The notes under the pieces were generated by a model that saw only the letters and a list, made by a program, of their open reading frames with translations, was not told the DNA's origin and did no database searches. 64,000 bases of DNA from an uncultured Acidobacteriota bacterium (GTDB taxonomy: Bacteria > Acidobacteriota > Vicinamibacteria > Vicinamibacterales > CAVVIG01), in contig CAVOIY010000004.1 in assembly GCA_963696165.1 (NCBI GenBank), positions 44,753-108,752 on the forward strand, written 5' to 3'. Shown here one piece after another: positions 30,963 through 41,858 of this stretch. The position numbers and the translations under genes were made by a program. Within the stretch, counting starts at the first letter, position 1. Every line of letters starts with the position of its first letter.

Positions 30963-32635
30963 CTAGATGATCGGCACTTCCTCGTACTCGCCCCACACCT
31001 CGCGCAGCGCGTCGCACATTTCTCCGACCGTCGCGTACGCGCGCACCGCGTCGAGGATCGGCGGCATCAGGTTGGCGGTGTCCGCGCGCGGCGGTTCGAA
31101 GCGCGTCGAGCGCCGCGTCGACGTCGCCGTTGTTGCGCGTCTTCTTCAGCTGCTCGAGCTTCGCCAGCTGCTTCTCGGCGGCCGACTCGTCGATGTAGAG
31201 GATCTGGATCGGCGGCTCGTCTTCCTGCACGAAGTCGTTGACGCCGACGATGATCTTCTCGCGGCGCTCGACCGCCTGCTGGAAGCGGTACGAGCTTTCG
31301 GCGATCTCCTTCTGCGGGAACCCGCGCTCGATCGCCTCGACCATGCCGCCCATCCGGTCGATCTGCTCGAAGTAGGCCAGCGCGCCGTCTTCCATGTCCT
31401 TCGTCAGCTTCTCGACGAAGTACGATCCGCCGAGCGGATCGACCACGTTGGTGACGCCGCTCTCGCTGCGCGATGATCTGCTGCGTGCGCAGGGCGAGCG
31501 TCGCGGCTTCGGCCGGTCGGCAGCGCGAGCGCCTCGTCGAGCGAGTTGGTGTGCAGCGAGTTGGTGCCGCCGAGCACCGCCGAGAGCGCCTGCAGCGCCG
31601 TGCGGACGACGTTGTTGTACGGCTGCTGGGCGGTGAGCGAGACGCCGGCGGTCTGGCTGTGGAAGCGCAGCTTCCACGATCGCTCGTTCTTGGCGCCGAA
31701 GCGGTCGCGCATCGCCTCGGCCCACAACTTGCCGCGCGGCGCGGTACTTGGCGATCTCCTCGAAGAAGTCGCTGTGCGCGTTGAAGAAGAACGAAATCTG
31801 CGGCACGAACGCGTCGACGTCGAGGCCCGCGTCGACGCCCCACTGCACGTACTCGAGGCCGTCGCGCAGCGTGAACGCCAGCTCCTGCAGCGCCGTCGAT
31901 CCCGCCTCGCGGATGTGATAGCCGCTCACCGAAATCGTGTTCCACTTCGGCACCTGCGCTCGCGCAGAAGCGCGAAGATGTCGGTGATGATCCGCATCGA
32001 CGGGCGCGGCGGGAAGATGTATTCCTTCTGCGCGATGAACTCTTTGAGGATGTCGTTCTGAATCGTGCCGGAGATCGTCTTCCAGTCGGCGCCCTGCTTC
32101 TCGGCGACGACGAGATACATCGCGAAGATCATCGCGGCCGGCGAGTTGATCGTCATCGACGTCGTGACGTCGGCCGAGCGTGATGCCGTCGAACAGCGTT
32201 TCCATGTCGGCGAGCGACGTCACGTTGACGCCGCACTTCCCCACTTCGCCGAGCGACAGCTCGTGATCCGGGATCGCGGCCCATCAGCGTCGGCAGATCG
32301 AAGGCGACGCTCAGGCCGGTGCCGCCCGCCTTCAGCAGCGTCTTGTAGCGCTCGTTGGTTTCTTCCGGCGTGCCGAACCCGGCAAACTGGCGCATCGTCC
32401 ACAGCTTGCCGCGGTAGCCCGTCGGATGAATGCCGCGCGTGTACGGAAACTCGCCAGGGTTCGCGACGTCGCGCGAGTAGTCGATGCCCTCGACATCATC
32501 CTGCGCGTAGAGCCGGTCGATCGGGCGCCCGGATATCGTGGTGAAAGTCTGCGCGCGTTCCGGCGATTTCTTCAACGCGGGCTCGAGCGTCTCGCGCTCC
32601 CACCGCTGTTTCGCTGTTTCAGCAACGGTTTTCAT
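30963..32635 (-). CDS. methylmalonyl-CoA mutase family, catalytic (TIM-barrel) subunit; about six frame breaks by eye
   Basis: [19 protein letters not shown]...[57 protein letters not shown].., ..[23 protein letters not shown].. and ..[10 protein letters not shown]... It ends ..VPII*, with TAG at 30963-30965. Confidence 0.9.
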
Positions 32636-32723
32636 ACACAAGCATTATATCGGACCGCTCCTGGCAGCCTCGGGGCGACGTGAACGGTTTGGCGCGGATG
32701 TTCGAGACGTCAGAACTGGAGTT

Positions 32724-32750
32724 CAGGTTGCCGCTTTTTTCAGCAACCTG
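32724..32750. terminator. 8-bp stem-loop abutting the stop codon of the 32751..33605 gene (weak terminator candidate)
   Basis: CAGGTTGC-CGCTTTTTTCA-GCAACCTG lies directly next to TAA 32751-32753. There is no U-tract on the relevant (minus) strand, so support is weak. Confidence 0.3.
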
Positions 32751-33605
32751 TTAGTGATCGCTCATCGGACGAGCCGCCTGGAAACTCAGCTCCGGCACCA
32801 CGCGCACGACCGTCCGTTCGATGTGCGTCACGAAGCCCGCGAGCTTCTGCTGGATGGCATCCGCGCGCGCTTGCCCATAGGCGCGCACGATCGCGGGTCC
32901 CTTGTCGAGCGCCGCGAAATTGGGCAGCAGCGTCGCGACCACGAACGTGCCGCCGTCGCCTCCAAAGAGCGCCTGATGCACGATGAACCCGCCAGTCTTC
33001 AGTTGCTTGTGCGCCGGCGTCAAGTCGGTCTTGATGTACGCCTCGAAATCCGCAATGTGCCCCGCGGTGAGCGAGTACGTGCTCACGACCGCGATCCCTC
33101 CTGGAGCCGCCGCTGCGCTCGACGCCGGCTGGTAGCTCAAGTCGGTGCGCACGGTGTTCACATATGAGTGTTGCTCCGTGATGAAGTGCCGATTCTTCGC
33201 CGCGTACGCCCGTGCGCCATCCGGGCCAAGCGCCTTCACAATCGGATTGTCGCCGTCACGCTCGGCGAAGTTCTTCAGCGGTGTCAGAAAAGTCATTTCG
33301 AAGGATTCGCCGATCGCCGTGGCGATCGCCGTCCGCTCCGGCACGCCCGCTTTGCGAAGAGCCGGAATCGTTTCGCTCTTCTGAAACTCGGTAAATTCGT
33401 CGATCAGCTCGGGCTTGATGCGTACCGTCGTGACGGCCATGCGCGGCATCGACAACGGGCCTGCAGGCTTCGGGGCAGCGGCCGCTTTCGGCTGCGCGGC
33501 CGGCGCGCTCTTCGCGGCTGGCGCCTGCGCCGCAGTCATCTCCGGTGTAGCCGCCAGCGCGAGCGACACGAGGGCCAGGGATCCGACGACGAGGCGATGA
33601 TGCAT
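32751..33605 (-). CDS. secreted hypothetical protein, apparent tandem duplication of an about 100-aa alpha/beta (ABM/Dabb-like?) module
   Basis: Intact 284 aa. AAGGAGG lies upstream of ATG 33605. Signal peptide MHHRLVVGSLALVSLALAA, an Ala/Pro-rich spacer, then two similar halves (..VRIKPELIDEFTEFQKSETIPAL.. and ..YSLTAGHIADFEAYIKTDLTPAH..). Confidence 0.6.
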   Translation of the reverse strand: MHHRLVVGSLALVSLALAATPEMTAAQAPAAKSAPAAQPKAAAAPKPAGPLSMPRMAVTTVRIKPELIDEFTEFQKSETIPALRKAGVPERTAIATAIGESFEMTFLTPLKNFAERDGDNPIVKALGPDGARAYAAKNRHFITEQHSYVNTVRTDLSYQPASSAAAAPGGIAVVSTYSLTAGHIADFEAYIKTDLTPAHKQLKTGGFIVHQALFGGDGGTFVVATLLPNFAALDKGPAIVRAYGQARADAIQQKLAGFVTHIERTVVRVVPELSFQAARPMSDH

Positions 33606-33709
33606 GCTGCCTCCTTGTGGGAACGGTGCGCGGTGTGGACGAGCGATTGTTGGGTGGACGGCGAGTTATAGCGCGCGCGAACGACCGAGTCAATCGAATT
33701 GGCGCAGGC

Positions 33710-33739
33710 TTGACTTGCCCGACAAGCGCACGCTACGCT
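33710..33739 (+). promoter_or_regulatory. candidate sigma-70-type promoter for the first glutamate dehydrogenase gene
   Basis: TTGACT (33710-33715), an 18-nt spacer, then TACGCT (33734-33739), about 46 nt upstream of ATG 33786. Pattern match only. Confidence 0.3.
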
Positions 33740-33785
33740 CCGACGCTTGCTCCGGCGTGGCGCCGGAACGTGTCAAGGGAGCGCG

Positions 33786-35038
33786 ATGTCGACTGACGGA
33801 TCGACCTTCGGTGCCATGCTCCAGGAATTCGACGGAGCGGCCCGCATCCTCAACCTCGAGCCGGGCATCTGGAAGATCCTCACTCACCCGAAGCGGCAGA
33901 TCGTCGTGTCGTGCCCGGTGCAGATGGACGATGGCCAGATCGAAGTCTTCACCGGCTACCGCGTGCAGTACAACATCACCCTCGGTCCCGCGAAAGGCGG
34001 CATTCGCTATCATCCCGGCGTATCGCTCGATGAAGTGACCGCGCTGGCAGCCTGGATGACGTGGAAGTGCGCCGTCGCGCACATCCCGTTCGGCGGCGGC
34101 AAAGGCGGCGTCATCTGCGACCCGACGAAGATGTCGAAGCGCGAGCTCGAAGCGCTGACGCGCCGCTACATCGCCGAGATCGTCGACGCGATCGGCCCGG
34201 AAAAGGACGTGCCGGCGCCCGACGTGAACACCAACGAGCAGATCATGGCCTGGGTGATGGACACCTATTCGATGCACGTCGGCCATACGTCGACAGCGGT
34301 GGTCACCGGCAAACCGCTCGAGATCGGCGGATCGCTCGGCCGCCGCGAAGCGACTGGACGCGGCGTGATGATCGCGACGCGCGAATCGGCCAAACACGTC
34401 GGATTCGATCTCAAGGGCGCGACGATCGCCGTGCAGGGCTTCGGCAACGTGGGATCGATTTCCGCCGAGTTCCTCGCCGAGGCCGGCGCAAAGATCGTCG
34501 CCGTCACGGACTGGAAAGGCGGCATCCACAACGCGAAGGGACTCGACATCCCGAAGCTGACGGAGTACGTCGCCAAGACAGAAGACCGTGGACGGCTTCA
34601 GCGGCGGCGAACCGCTCTCCAACGCGGATTTGTTCACGCTGAACGTGGACGTGCTGATTCCGGCAGCGCTCGAGAAACAGATCACGATGGAGAACGCGCC
34701 GGGCATCCGCGCGAAGGTGATCATCGAAGGCGCCAACGGGCCGACCGAGCCCGACGCGAACAAGCACCTGCACGACCGCGGCGTCTTCATCGTGCCCGAC
34801 ATCCTCGCAAACAGCTCAGGCGTGACGACGCTCGTACTTCGAGTGGGTGCAGGATCGGTACGGCTACTTCTGGACCGAGAAGGAAGTGAACGAGCGGCTC
34901 GAGGCAAAGATGTGCGAGGCGTTCAACGCCGTGCTGCAGACCTCGCTCAAGTACAAGGTCGACATGCGCACCGCCGCCTATATTGTGGCGATCTCGCGCG
35001 TGGCCGCCGTCACCCGCCTGCGCGGCATGTACGCCTAG
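33786..35038 (+). CDS. Glu/Leu/Phe/Val dehydrogenase family (glutamate dehydrogenase-like), paralog 1; two frame breaks
   Basis: ..[53 protein letters not shown].., ..[10 protein letters not shown]... The frame changes near 34590 and near 34830. It ends ..[12 protein letters not shown]. Confidence 0.9.
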
Positions 35039-35076
35039 CCGCGGGAGTCGATCAAGCGACCGTTTCGGAGGCTTTT

Positions 35077-36534
35077 TTGTTGCTGCGAGCTGCCGTTCTC
35101 GTCGCCACCGCAGTCGCCTCGCTCTCCCCGTTCGCACATCCGGGCGTCAACTTCACAAGTCAGCCGCCGGTCGCGATCCCGCCGCCTCCGCCGCCGGGCG
35201 GCGCCAGTTCCCAGCAGCCGTCGCCGGAAGACCGGATGCGGGTCACGGCGCAAATGGTGCGCGGGGCCCGGGCGATCACACCGGCGCAGGCCGCGGAGTT
35301 CGAGGAACGGCTCAAGACATCGCCGCACGATCGCGGTGCGCGCGTCCTGCTGCTCGGCTACTACTTCTCGACCGGCGTGCGGACCGATGGTGTGGACGCC
35401 GCCAAGGCCGCCAGGCGGAGGCACATCATATGGATGATCGAGAACAGGCCGGATGACGAGGTCGCGATGCTCTCCGAGATGACGATCGATCCAGCCGGCC
35501 ATCAACTCGCCGACCCAGACGGATACCAGGCCGCCAAGGCCGCTTGGACCACGCAGATACGGAAGCCCTCGGCGATCCCGCCCGTGCTGCTCAACGCGGC
35601 GAATTTCTTTCGGCTCCACGACAAGGCGCTCGCGCTCGAGTGTCTGAAGCGGGCGCAGTCGTCGTCGCCTGAAGCCGCCAGGGAGCTCGGGGCCGAGTAC
35701 GCGATCGCGATCCTCGGCATCACGATGATCAACAGCAACGGCCTGCCGATGAATGCCGACCCTGCCGAGACATCGGGAGACGTCGCGCGAAACGCTGTCG
35801 ACGAGCTGGCCGCGTCGACCAACGTCGACGTCCTCGAAGCTGCGGGGAACCTGCTCTTCCAGTACGGCTCGATCATCCAGGCGATCGGCAAAGGCGCGAT
35901 CGATCGCGAGCCGCTCGCCGAACGCCTTCTGCTGAAGGTGCAGGGTCAGGCGCCGGGGAATTTCGTGGTGCCGAGGCTGCTCGCCGATCTCTATAAAGCC
36001 CGTGCGCTGAAGTCCAGGGAGCCTGGGGCTCTGCGGCAGTGGCTGACCGAGTCCACGATGGCCGCCGATCGCGCGGACGCCGCCCCCGACACCTTTCCCT
36101 TGATCGTCGAATCGCGCCCGAGCCTGCGCCTCGGTGCGGCACGTGCGGCGTTCGAAACGGGCGAGCTCGACATGGCGCGGCGCATGGCACAAGCGGCGCT
36201 CGCGCAGGTAGGCGACGAGCACGACGTGAAAAACGGTCAGGCTGTCCACGATGGCCACGCCGTGCTCGGTCGCGTCGCGTTAGCCGGCGGGCGCGTCGAG
36301 GACGCGAAAGCGCAGCTCCTCCGCGCCGGCCAGGTGGCTGGCGGCGGAGTGCTGACCTCGTTCGGACCTAACATGTCGCTCGCCAAGGAGCTGCTCGAGC
36401 ACGGTGAACGCGACACCGTCATTTCCTATCTCGCGCAGTGCCGATCGTTCTGGAAGAACCCTCGTCTGGACGAATGGATTCGTACCATTCAAGAAGGAAA
36501 GTCGCCAAATTTCGGCGCAAACCTCGTCTACTGA
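35077..36534 (+). CDS. secreted hypothetical helical-repeat protein between the two dehydrogenase paralogs
   Basis: TTG 35077 lies 7 nt after GGAGG. Signal-like [20 protein letters not shown] and a poly-Pro stretch, then a 480-aa intact frame with good GC3 bias. No family recognised. Confidence 0.6.
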   Translation: MLLRAAVLVATAVASLSPFAHPGVNFTSQPPVAIPPPPPPGGASSQQPSPEDRMRVTAQMVRGARAITPAQAAEFEERLKTSPHDRGARVLLLGYYFSTGVRTDGVDAAKAARRRHIIWMIENRPDDEVAMLSEMTIDPAGHQLADPDGYQAAKAAWTTQIRKPSAIPPVLLNAANFFRLHDKALALECLKRAQSSSPEAARELGAEYAIAILGITMINSNGLPMNADPAETSGDVARNAVDELAASTNVDVLEAAGNLLFQYGSIIQAIGKGAIDREPLAERLLLKVQGQAPGNFVVPRLLADLYKARALKSREPGALRQWLTESTMAADRADAAPDTFPLIVESRPSLRLGAARAAFETGELDMARRMAQAALAQVGDEHDVKNGQAVHDGHAVLGRVALAGGRVEDAKAQLLRAGQVAGGGVLTSFGPNMSLAKELLEHGERDTVISYLAQCRSFWKNPRLDEWIRTIQEGKSPNFGANLVY

Positions 36535-36548
36535 CCTCCGGAGATCCC

Positions 36549-37820
36549 ATGCCACAGACGCTCGAACCGACCCGGCCTTCCCCGAATCCGTTTGCGATTG
36601 CACAGCAGCAATTCGACACCGCCGCTCACATTCTCAACCTCGATCCCCGGCTCCGCGCCGTGCTCCGCGAGCCGGTCCGTGAGCTGCACGTCTCGCTCCC
36701 CGTCCGCATGGACGATGGCGACGTCAAGGTGTTCAAGGGATTCCGCGTGCAGTACAACGATGCGCGCGGTCCGTCGAAGGGCGGCATCAGGTTTCATCCC
36801 GACGAGACAGTCGATACCGTTCGCGCGCTCGCGGCGTGGATGACATGGAAAACCGCGGTGATGGACCTGCCGCTCGGCGGCGGCAAAGGCGGCATCATCT
36901 GCAATCCAAAACTTCTGTCGGAGCGCGAGCTCGAACGGTTGTCGCGCGCCTACATCGACGCGATTGCATGGATCATGGGACCCGAGCGCGACATCCCGGC
37001 GCCCGACGTCTACACCACACCCCAGATCATGGGGTGGATGATGGACGAATACAGCAAGCTCCGCGGCCACTCCACGCCGGGCGCGATCACGGGCAAGCCG
37101 CTGTCGCTGTGGGGCTCGCTCGGGCGCGACGATGCGACGGCGCGCGGCACGTGGTACGCGATTCGAGAAGCAGCGCGCGTGATCGGCATCGATCTGTCGA
37201 AGGCGCGCGTGGGGATTCAGGGCTTCGGCAACGCGGGCACCTTTGCCGCGACGCTTGGGCTGGAGCTTTTCGGCTGCAAGGTCGTCGCGGTAACCGATTC
37301 CAAAGGCGGCGTCTTCAACCCGAATGGACTGCAATACGACGACGTCCGCGCGCACAAATCGGCGACGGGATCCGTGGTCGGCTTTCCGACTGGTCAGATG
37401 ATCAGCAACGCGGACATCCTCGAAGCCGACGTCGACATCCTGATCCCCGCCGCGCTGGAGAGCCAGATCACAGTGGACAACGCGCCCCGCGTGAAAGCGC
37501 GGATCGTCGCCGAAGCAGCGAACGGGCCCACGACGCCCGAGGCGGACGCGCTGTTGCACGCGCGTAACGTATTCGTGATCCCGGATTTTCTCTGCAACGC
37601 CGGCGGCGTCACGGTGTCGTATTTCGAATGGGTGCAGAACCAGCGCGGGATGCCGTGGGAGCTCGAGGACGTGCATCGCCGGCTCGATCGCAAGATGACG
37701 CGCGCCTTCGCGGAAGTGCTCGCCTCCTCACGCAAACACAACGTCGACATGCGCACCGGCGCCTACTGCGTGGCGGTTGCGCGAGTGGCCGAAGCGACCC
37801 GCGCGCGCGGCTGGGCATAA
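36549..37820 (+). CDS. Glu/Leu/Phe/Val dehydrogenase family (glutamate dehydrogenase-like), paralog 2, intact
   Basis: 423 aa. ..[53 protein letters not shown].., ..IQGFGNAGT.., ..[15 protein letters not shown]... Confidence 0.92.
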   Translation: MPQTLEPTRPSPNPFAIAQQQFDTAAHILNLDPRLRAVLREPVRELHVSLPVRMDDGDVKVFKGFRVQYNDARGPSKGGIRFHPDETVDTVRALAAWMTWKTAVMDLPLGGGKGGIICNPKLLSERELERLSRAYIDAIAWIMGPERDIPAPDVYTTPQIMGWMMDEYSKLRGHSTPGAITGKPLSLWGSLGRDDATARGTWYAIREAARVIGIDLSKARVGIQGFGNAGTFAATLGLELFGCKVVAVTDSKGGVFNPNGLQYDDVRAHKSATGSVVGFPTGQMISNADILEADVDILIPAALESQITVDNAPRVKARIVAEAANGPTTPEADALLHARNVFVIPDFLCNAGGVTVSYFEWVQNQRGMPWELEDVHRRLDRKMTRAFAEVLASSRKHNVDMRTGAYCVAVARVAEATRARGWA

Positions 37821-37821
37821 C

Positions 37822-37875
37822 GACTGTGGCTAGTGGCTGGTGGTCTGTGGCTGGCGCCAGCCACAAGCCACTTTC
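37822..37875. terminator. GCTGGTG/CCACCAG-family element (copy B2) forming a 15-bp hairpin between convergent genes
   Basis: GACTGTG GCTAGTG GCTGGTG GTCTGTG GCTGGCG, then CCAGCCACAAGCCAC. GTGGCTAGTGGCTGG pairs with CCAGCCACAAGCCAC with 1 mismatch. It fills the entire gap between stop codons 37820 and 37876. Confidence 0.7.
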
Positions 37876-39696
37876 CTATGACGTGATTCGAAATCCGATC
37901 ATGTCCTTCGCTTCCCCGGAGGCGCTCGTCGCGGTCAGCTCGAGTGAGTATTCACCGACGGCGAAGCCCGCCAGGGGCAGTTCTATCTGGCTTGGACCAT
38001 CGGGCCAGATGTCGCCGTCGACCCGCAGGTTGCGCAGCGGCTGGCCGAATCGACTCATGACGCGCGCCGAAATAACCGGCCGCTCGGTGCCCGGGGCGTA
38101 GCCCGATACGCGAATGATCAGCCGCTCCGTGCGACTGAACTCCCTCGAGGCGACCGGCGCCGCGTTGCGATCCGATTGCAGTGCCCGGAACTCGAGCGCA
38201 TTGCGCGCGCGCAGCACTTCTGGCGTGCCGAGAACGACTGCGTTCGCCAGATCGCGAACCGCAAGATCGCGAACGTCCGAATCGATCACCTGAAGCCCGC
38301 CGTCTTCGATCGACATGCGCAGCCGCAGGCGCCCTGGCGGCACATCGAACACCGCCCGCAGGCGTGACGCCTCCGGACCCTCGGCGGGACTGCCGCCGGT
38401 CGGAAGCACCGTGCCCTGAAATACAGGCGCATCGTCGCTTCCGAGCGCGGTGAGCTCGACGCGCGCCGCGGTGTGCCGGCTGCGTTCGCCGGGAATCCGC
38501 ACCGGCTCCCAGACGAACGTGATGCGGGTCTTGCCCGCTTCGCCGCGTTGGCTGCCGAACCACGGCCGGATGAGAAGGCTGGTGTGGCGCGGTGGTTCGA
38601 GAACGACCGGCTTCTTTGGCAGCGCTTCGCGCGCGAGCCATTCGGCGCGCAGCAAATCGTCGGCTGATGCCGCCCAGTAGCCCTTGCGCGATCGCAGCTG
38701 CACTCCACGGCGCTTGGTCCGCAGCTGAATCTCATGGAAGTGACCGTCGATCTTTCGCGGTGATCGGTAGGTCAGCAGGTAGTAAACACTCGAATCCGTC
38801 GCGATGCGCCGGAAGGCCGGTTCGAGATCGCCGTCGGTGAAAACGGCTTGCCCGTCGGTCTCGGCAGCGAGCGTCCGCAGGCCGTCGGCCTGGACGGAAT
38901 CGGTTTCGGCGGGCAGACCGCTCGGATCAATCGGGTAAATCGACACATTGAACCGATCGGCTGACTGGACAACCGAGTCGAGCGTGGGCAGGTTCAAACC
39001 GCGGCGGCGGCCGACATGCGCCACGCCTTCAGAGACGACGATGAGCGTCTTGCGCGCGTCGGTCGAGGCCCAGCCGAGATGCACGGCGAGCGCGTTGAGA
39101 GCCGACAGCGTCACCTGCGTCCGCGTTTGATCGACAGCGGCAGGCGTGCTGGCCATGTAATTCTGCTCGTAGTCGTTCCTGGGTTCGTAGTTGCCTTTCC
39201 GTCCCTCGAACGTCGCGATCGCCGACTTCGCGGATTCGCGATCGTGAGTCAGCCGGATTGCCAGCACGGAGTCGAGCGGCTTCATCACGACGAGCAGATC
39301 GCGAGGACCGAGATCTCGATCCACAAAACGCGTCACCGCCTCGCGTACGCGCGCCGTGGCCTCGCCACCTGATACGTGATACTCGTCCAGGTAAATCGCG
39401 AAGAGACGCGTCCCCGGCTGCAGCGCGTCCGCTTGTTCAGTCTCGGCTGTGCCACGCGACGCCGCCGAAACGGGCGTGGTGCCGCCCGCGCGGACCAGCT
39501 TCGCGGCCTCGATGGCCTGCGGCGCGCCGTCTTCGCGAAGCTCGAAATCAGCGGCGGTCAGCGTTTCGACGAATCGGCCGCGCGCGTCGAACGCGCCAAT
39601 ATCGATTCGTACGGTCGTGTCCGGGGTGAATGCAGGAGCCGGCGCCTGCTGAGCGGCGACGGCGGCGGCGATGAGCGCGGCGCCAAGTGCGCGCAT
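37876..39696 (-). CDS. secreted VWFA-related protein (Acidobacterial VWFA-type), intact
   Basis: 606 aa. Signal peptide MRALGAALIAAAVAA, N-terminal ..VRIDIGAFDARGRFVETLTAADFELREDGAPQAIE.., and a vWA-like core ..LFAIYLDEYHV.., ..TLIVVSEG.., ..VSIYPIDPSG... The architecture matches my recollection of TIGR03436. Confidence 0.8.
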   Translation of the reverse strand: MRALGAALIAAAVAAQQAPAPAFTPDTTVRIDIGAFDARGRFVETLTAADFELREDGAPQAIEAAKLVRAGGTTPVSAASRGTAETEQADALQPGTRLFAIYLDEYHVSGGEATARVREAVTRFVDRDLGPRDLLVVMKPLDSVLAIRLTHDRESAKSAIATFEGRKGNYEPRNDYEQNYMASTPAAVDQTRTQVTLSALNALAVHLGWASTDARKTLIVVSEGVAHVGRRRGLNLPTLDSVVQSADRFNVSIYPIDPSGLPAETDSVQADGLRTLAAETDGQAVFTDGDLEPAFRRIATDSSVYYLLTYRSPRKIDGHFHEIQLRTKRRGVQLRSRKGYWAASADDLLRAEWLAREALPKKPVVLEPPRHTSLLIRPWFGSQRGEAGKTRITFVWEPVRIPGERSRHTAARVELTALGSDDAPVFQGTVLPTGGSPAEGPEASRLRAVFDVPPGRLRLRMSIEDGGLQVIDSDVRDLAVRDLANAVVLGTPEVLRARNALEFRALQSDRNAAPVASREFSRTERLIIRVSGYAPGTERPVISARVMSRFGQPLRNLRVDGDIWPDGPSQIELPLAGFAVGEYSLELTATSASGEAKDMIGFRITS

Positions 39697-39702
39697 GGCC
39701 CG

Positions 39703-41858
39703 TCAGCCGATGATGCGGAACGCGACGAGCTCTCGCGACTCGCTCGGCGCACCATCGCCCGCGGCTTTGATCTCGAGAATGTACTCGCCGGGCGGGAACG
39801 CGGACAGCGCAAGATCAATCTGTGGATCACCGCCCGGCGCGGCTGGCGGTGCGACCGGCAGCTCGTTGATCGGATCGCCGGCACGGTTCAGGACGCGCGC
39901 CGTGAGCTGCGGTGTGGATCCGCCCGCCGCGTAAGCGGGCACACGCACGAACAGCCTGTCGGTTCGGCTGAACTCCCGCAATGCGACGGGGGCCGCATCG
40001 GGATCCGCTTTGAGCTGCTGCAGCTCACGAACCGTGCGAGCGCGGAACACGGCCGGAGTACCCAGAGCGGTTGTCGGCGCAGTGAGATCCGGGACGGTCA
40101 CCTCACGCATTTCCGTGTCGAGAACCTGCGAAGACGTGCCTTCCACCGACACGCGAAGCTCCATCTTGCCCGGCGGCACTTCGAAGACGACGCGCGAGGC
40201 TGCGCGCGGCGGACTCGCGGCGGTCGCGCCGCTGCCGGTGGTGCCGCTCGTTCCAGAGGCGGGCGCCGCCGCGCTGGCCATGACGCCCTCGGGAATCTTG
40301 CCGCGAAAATACGGCGCACCGTCGGCGCCGACGGCCATCAGCGAAACGCGCGCGGGCTGATCACGCTGCGCATCGCCAGCGGTGCGAGCGGCTGGCTCCC
40401 AGACGAACGTCACCTTCGTCTTCCCGTTCTCGCCGCGCGAGGTCCCGATCCACGTGCGGATCACTTGCGTGCGGTTCGGCCGGCTGACGGACGCGAGCGC
40501 GTCGGTCACGGCTTTCGGCGGCCCCGGCTTCGGCTTCGCCGTCGCGCGTGCCGTTTCCTCCGCCGTCAGCGCCCAGTAGCCCTTGCGCGCGCGGACCTGC
40601 GCGCCGGGGCGTTTCACGCGGACCTTGATCTCGTGGAACTTCCCGTCGGTCGGCGTCTGCGACGAGTTGTAGCCAATCAGGTAGTACGCGCTCGTGTCGC
40701 GGACGATCTGCTTCATCGCCGGTCCCGAGATCGTTGCGGTTCACGATGGCGCGGCCGTCGGTCTCGTCCGACAGCACCCGCAGCGAGTCCATCGTCGAGG
40801 TCAGGTACTGCCGGTCGGTCTGCGAACTGACGTTCTGGTCGATGTCGAACTCGTTCACGGCGAGGCCGCGCGGATCGACGGCGTAGATCGCGACGTTGTT
40901 CTTGTTCGCCGTGTCGTAGATCTCGACGCAGGTCGCTGTCGAGATCGAGCCCGGACGAACCACGCCGCACGATCTTCGTTCGGGTCGCCGACGCCCGCCA
41001 TCGGATTGCCCGCATTCGGATTGCCATAGCCGGGCATCGTCGCGATCGGATTCGCGCAGCTGCGGCGGCAGCATGCCGCTGAAGCCCTTCGCTCACGAGA
41101 ATGAGCGCCTTGCGGCCTTCCTTGAGCGAACCGAGTGCGTGATCAGACCGCGAATGGCGGTCATCGAGACCTGGTTGCGGATCTTGCTCGACGGTCTCCG
41201 CCGGGTAGTTCGCGTACTGCTCCTCGAACTCGTTCTTCGGCGTGTAGTCGAACTTCCGGCCGATGAACTGCTGGATCGCTTTCATGATCGCGTCGTGATT
41301 GCGCGTCATCCGGATCGAGGCGAGCGACTCGAGCGGATACATGATGCCGACCATGTCGGTCGGGCCGAGCTGGGTGTCGATGAACTTCGCGATCGGCTCG
41401 CGGACGGCCATGCTCGCGCCGCGGCGGACGTGATAGTCGTCGAGGAAGATCGCGAACAGCCGGACGTCTTCTTTCGCCGCTTCGGACTCTTCGTCGTAGT
41501 CGGTGCGGATCTCCTTCGGCGGTTCCTGGAGTGCGGCGGTGGTGCCGCCATCGAGCTTCACCAGCTTGAACGTTTCGATCTTCTGCGGCTTGCCGTCTTC
41601 GGTGACTTCGAAATCACCGGGCTTGCAGATCGGCGACCGCGTTGCCGTTCTTGTCGGTGACGATCACGTCGACGCGAACGAAGTTGATGCCGGTCTTGAA
41701 GGTCGGCGGAGGCTGAGGCTGATCGCCTGTTGTCGGCGGCGGAGGCGGCTGCTGCTGTTGCGGCGGCTGCGCGGCGCTGCTGCGCATCGCCTCGCGCGGC
41801 CAACGCTGACCACAACAACTGCGGCGGTCGTCGCGACGGCTCGAAGAACGCGAACCAT
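39703..41858 (-). CDS. second secreted VWFA-related protein; about five frame breaks
   Basis: GGAG upstream of ATG 41858, MVRVLRAVATTAAVVVVSVG.. N-terminal ..FKTGINFVRVDVIVTDKNGNAVADLQA.DFEVTEDGKPQKIETFKLV.., ..LFAIFLDDYHV.., ..ALILVSEG.., ..VAIYAVDPRG.. and ..YYLIGYNSSQTPTDGKFHEIKVRVKRPGAQVRARKGYW.. are spread over three frames. Confidence 0.8.
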
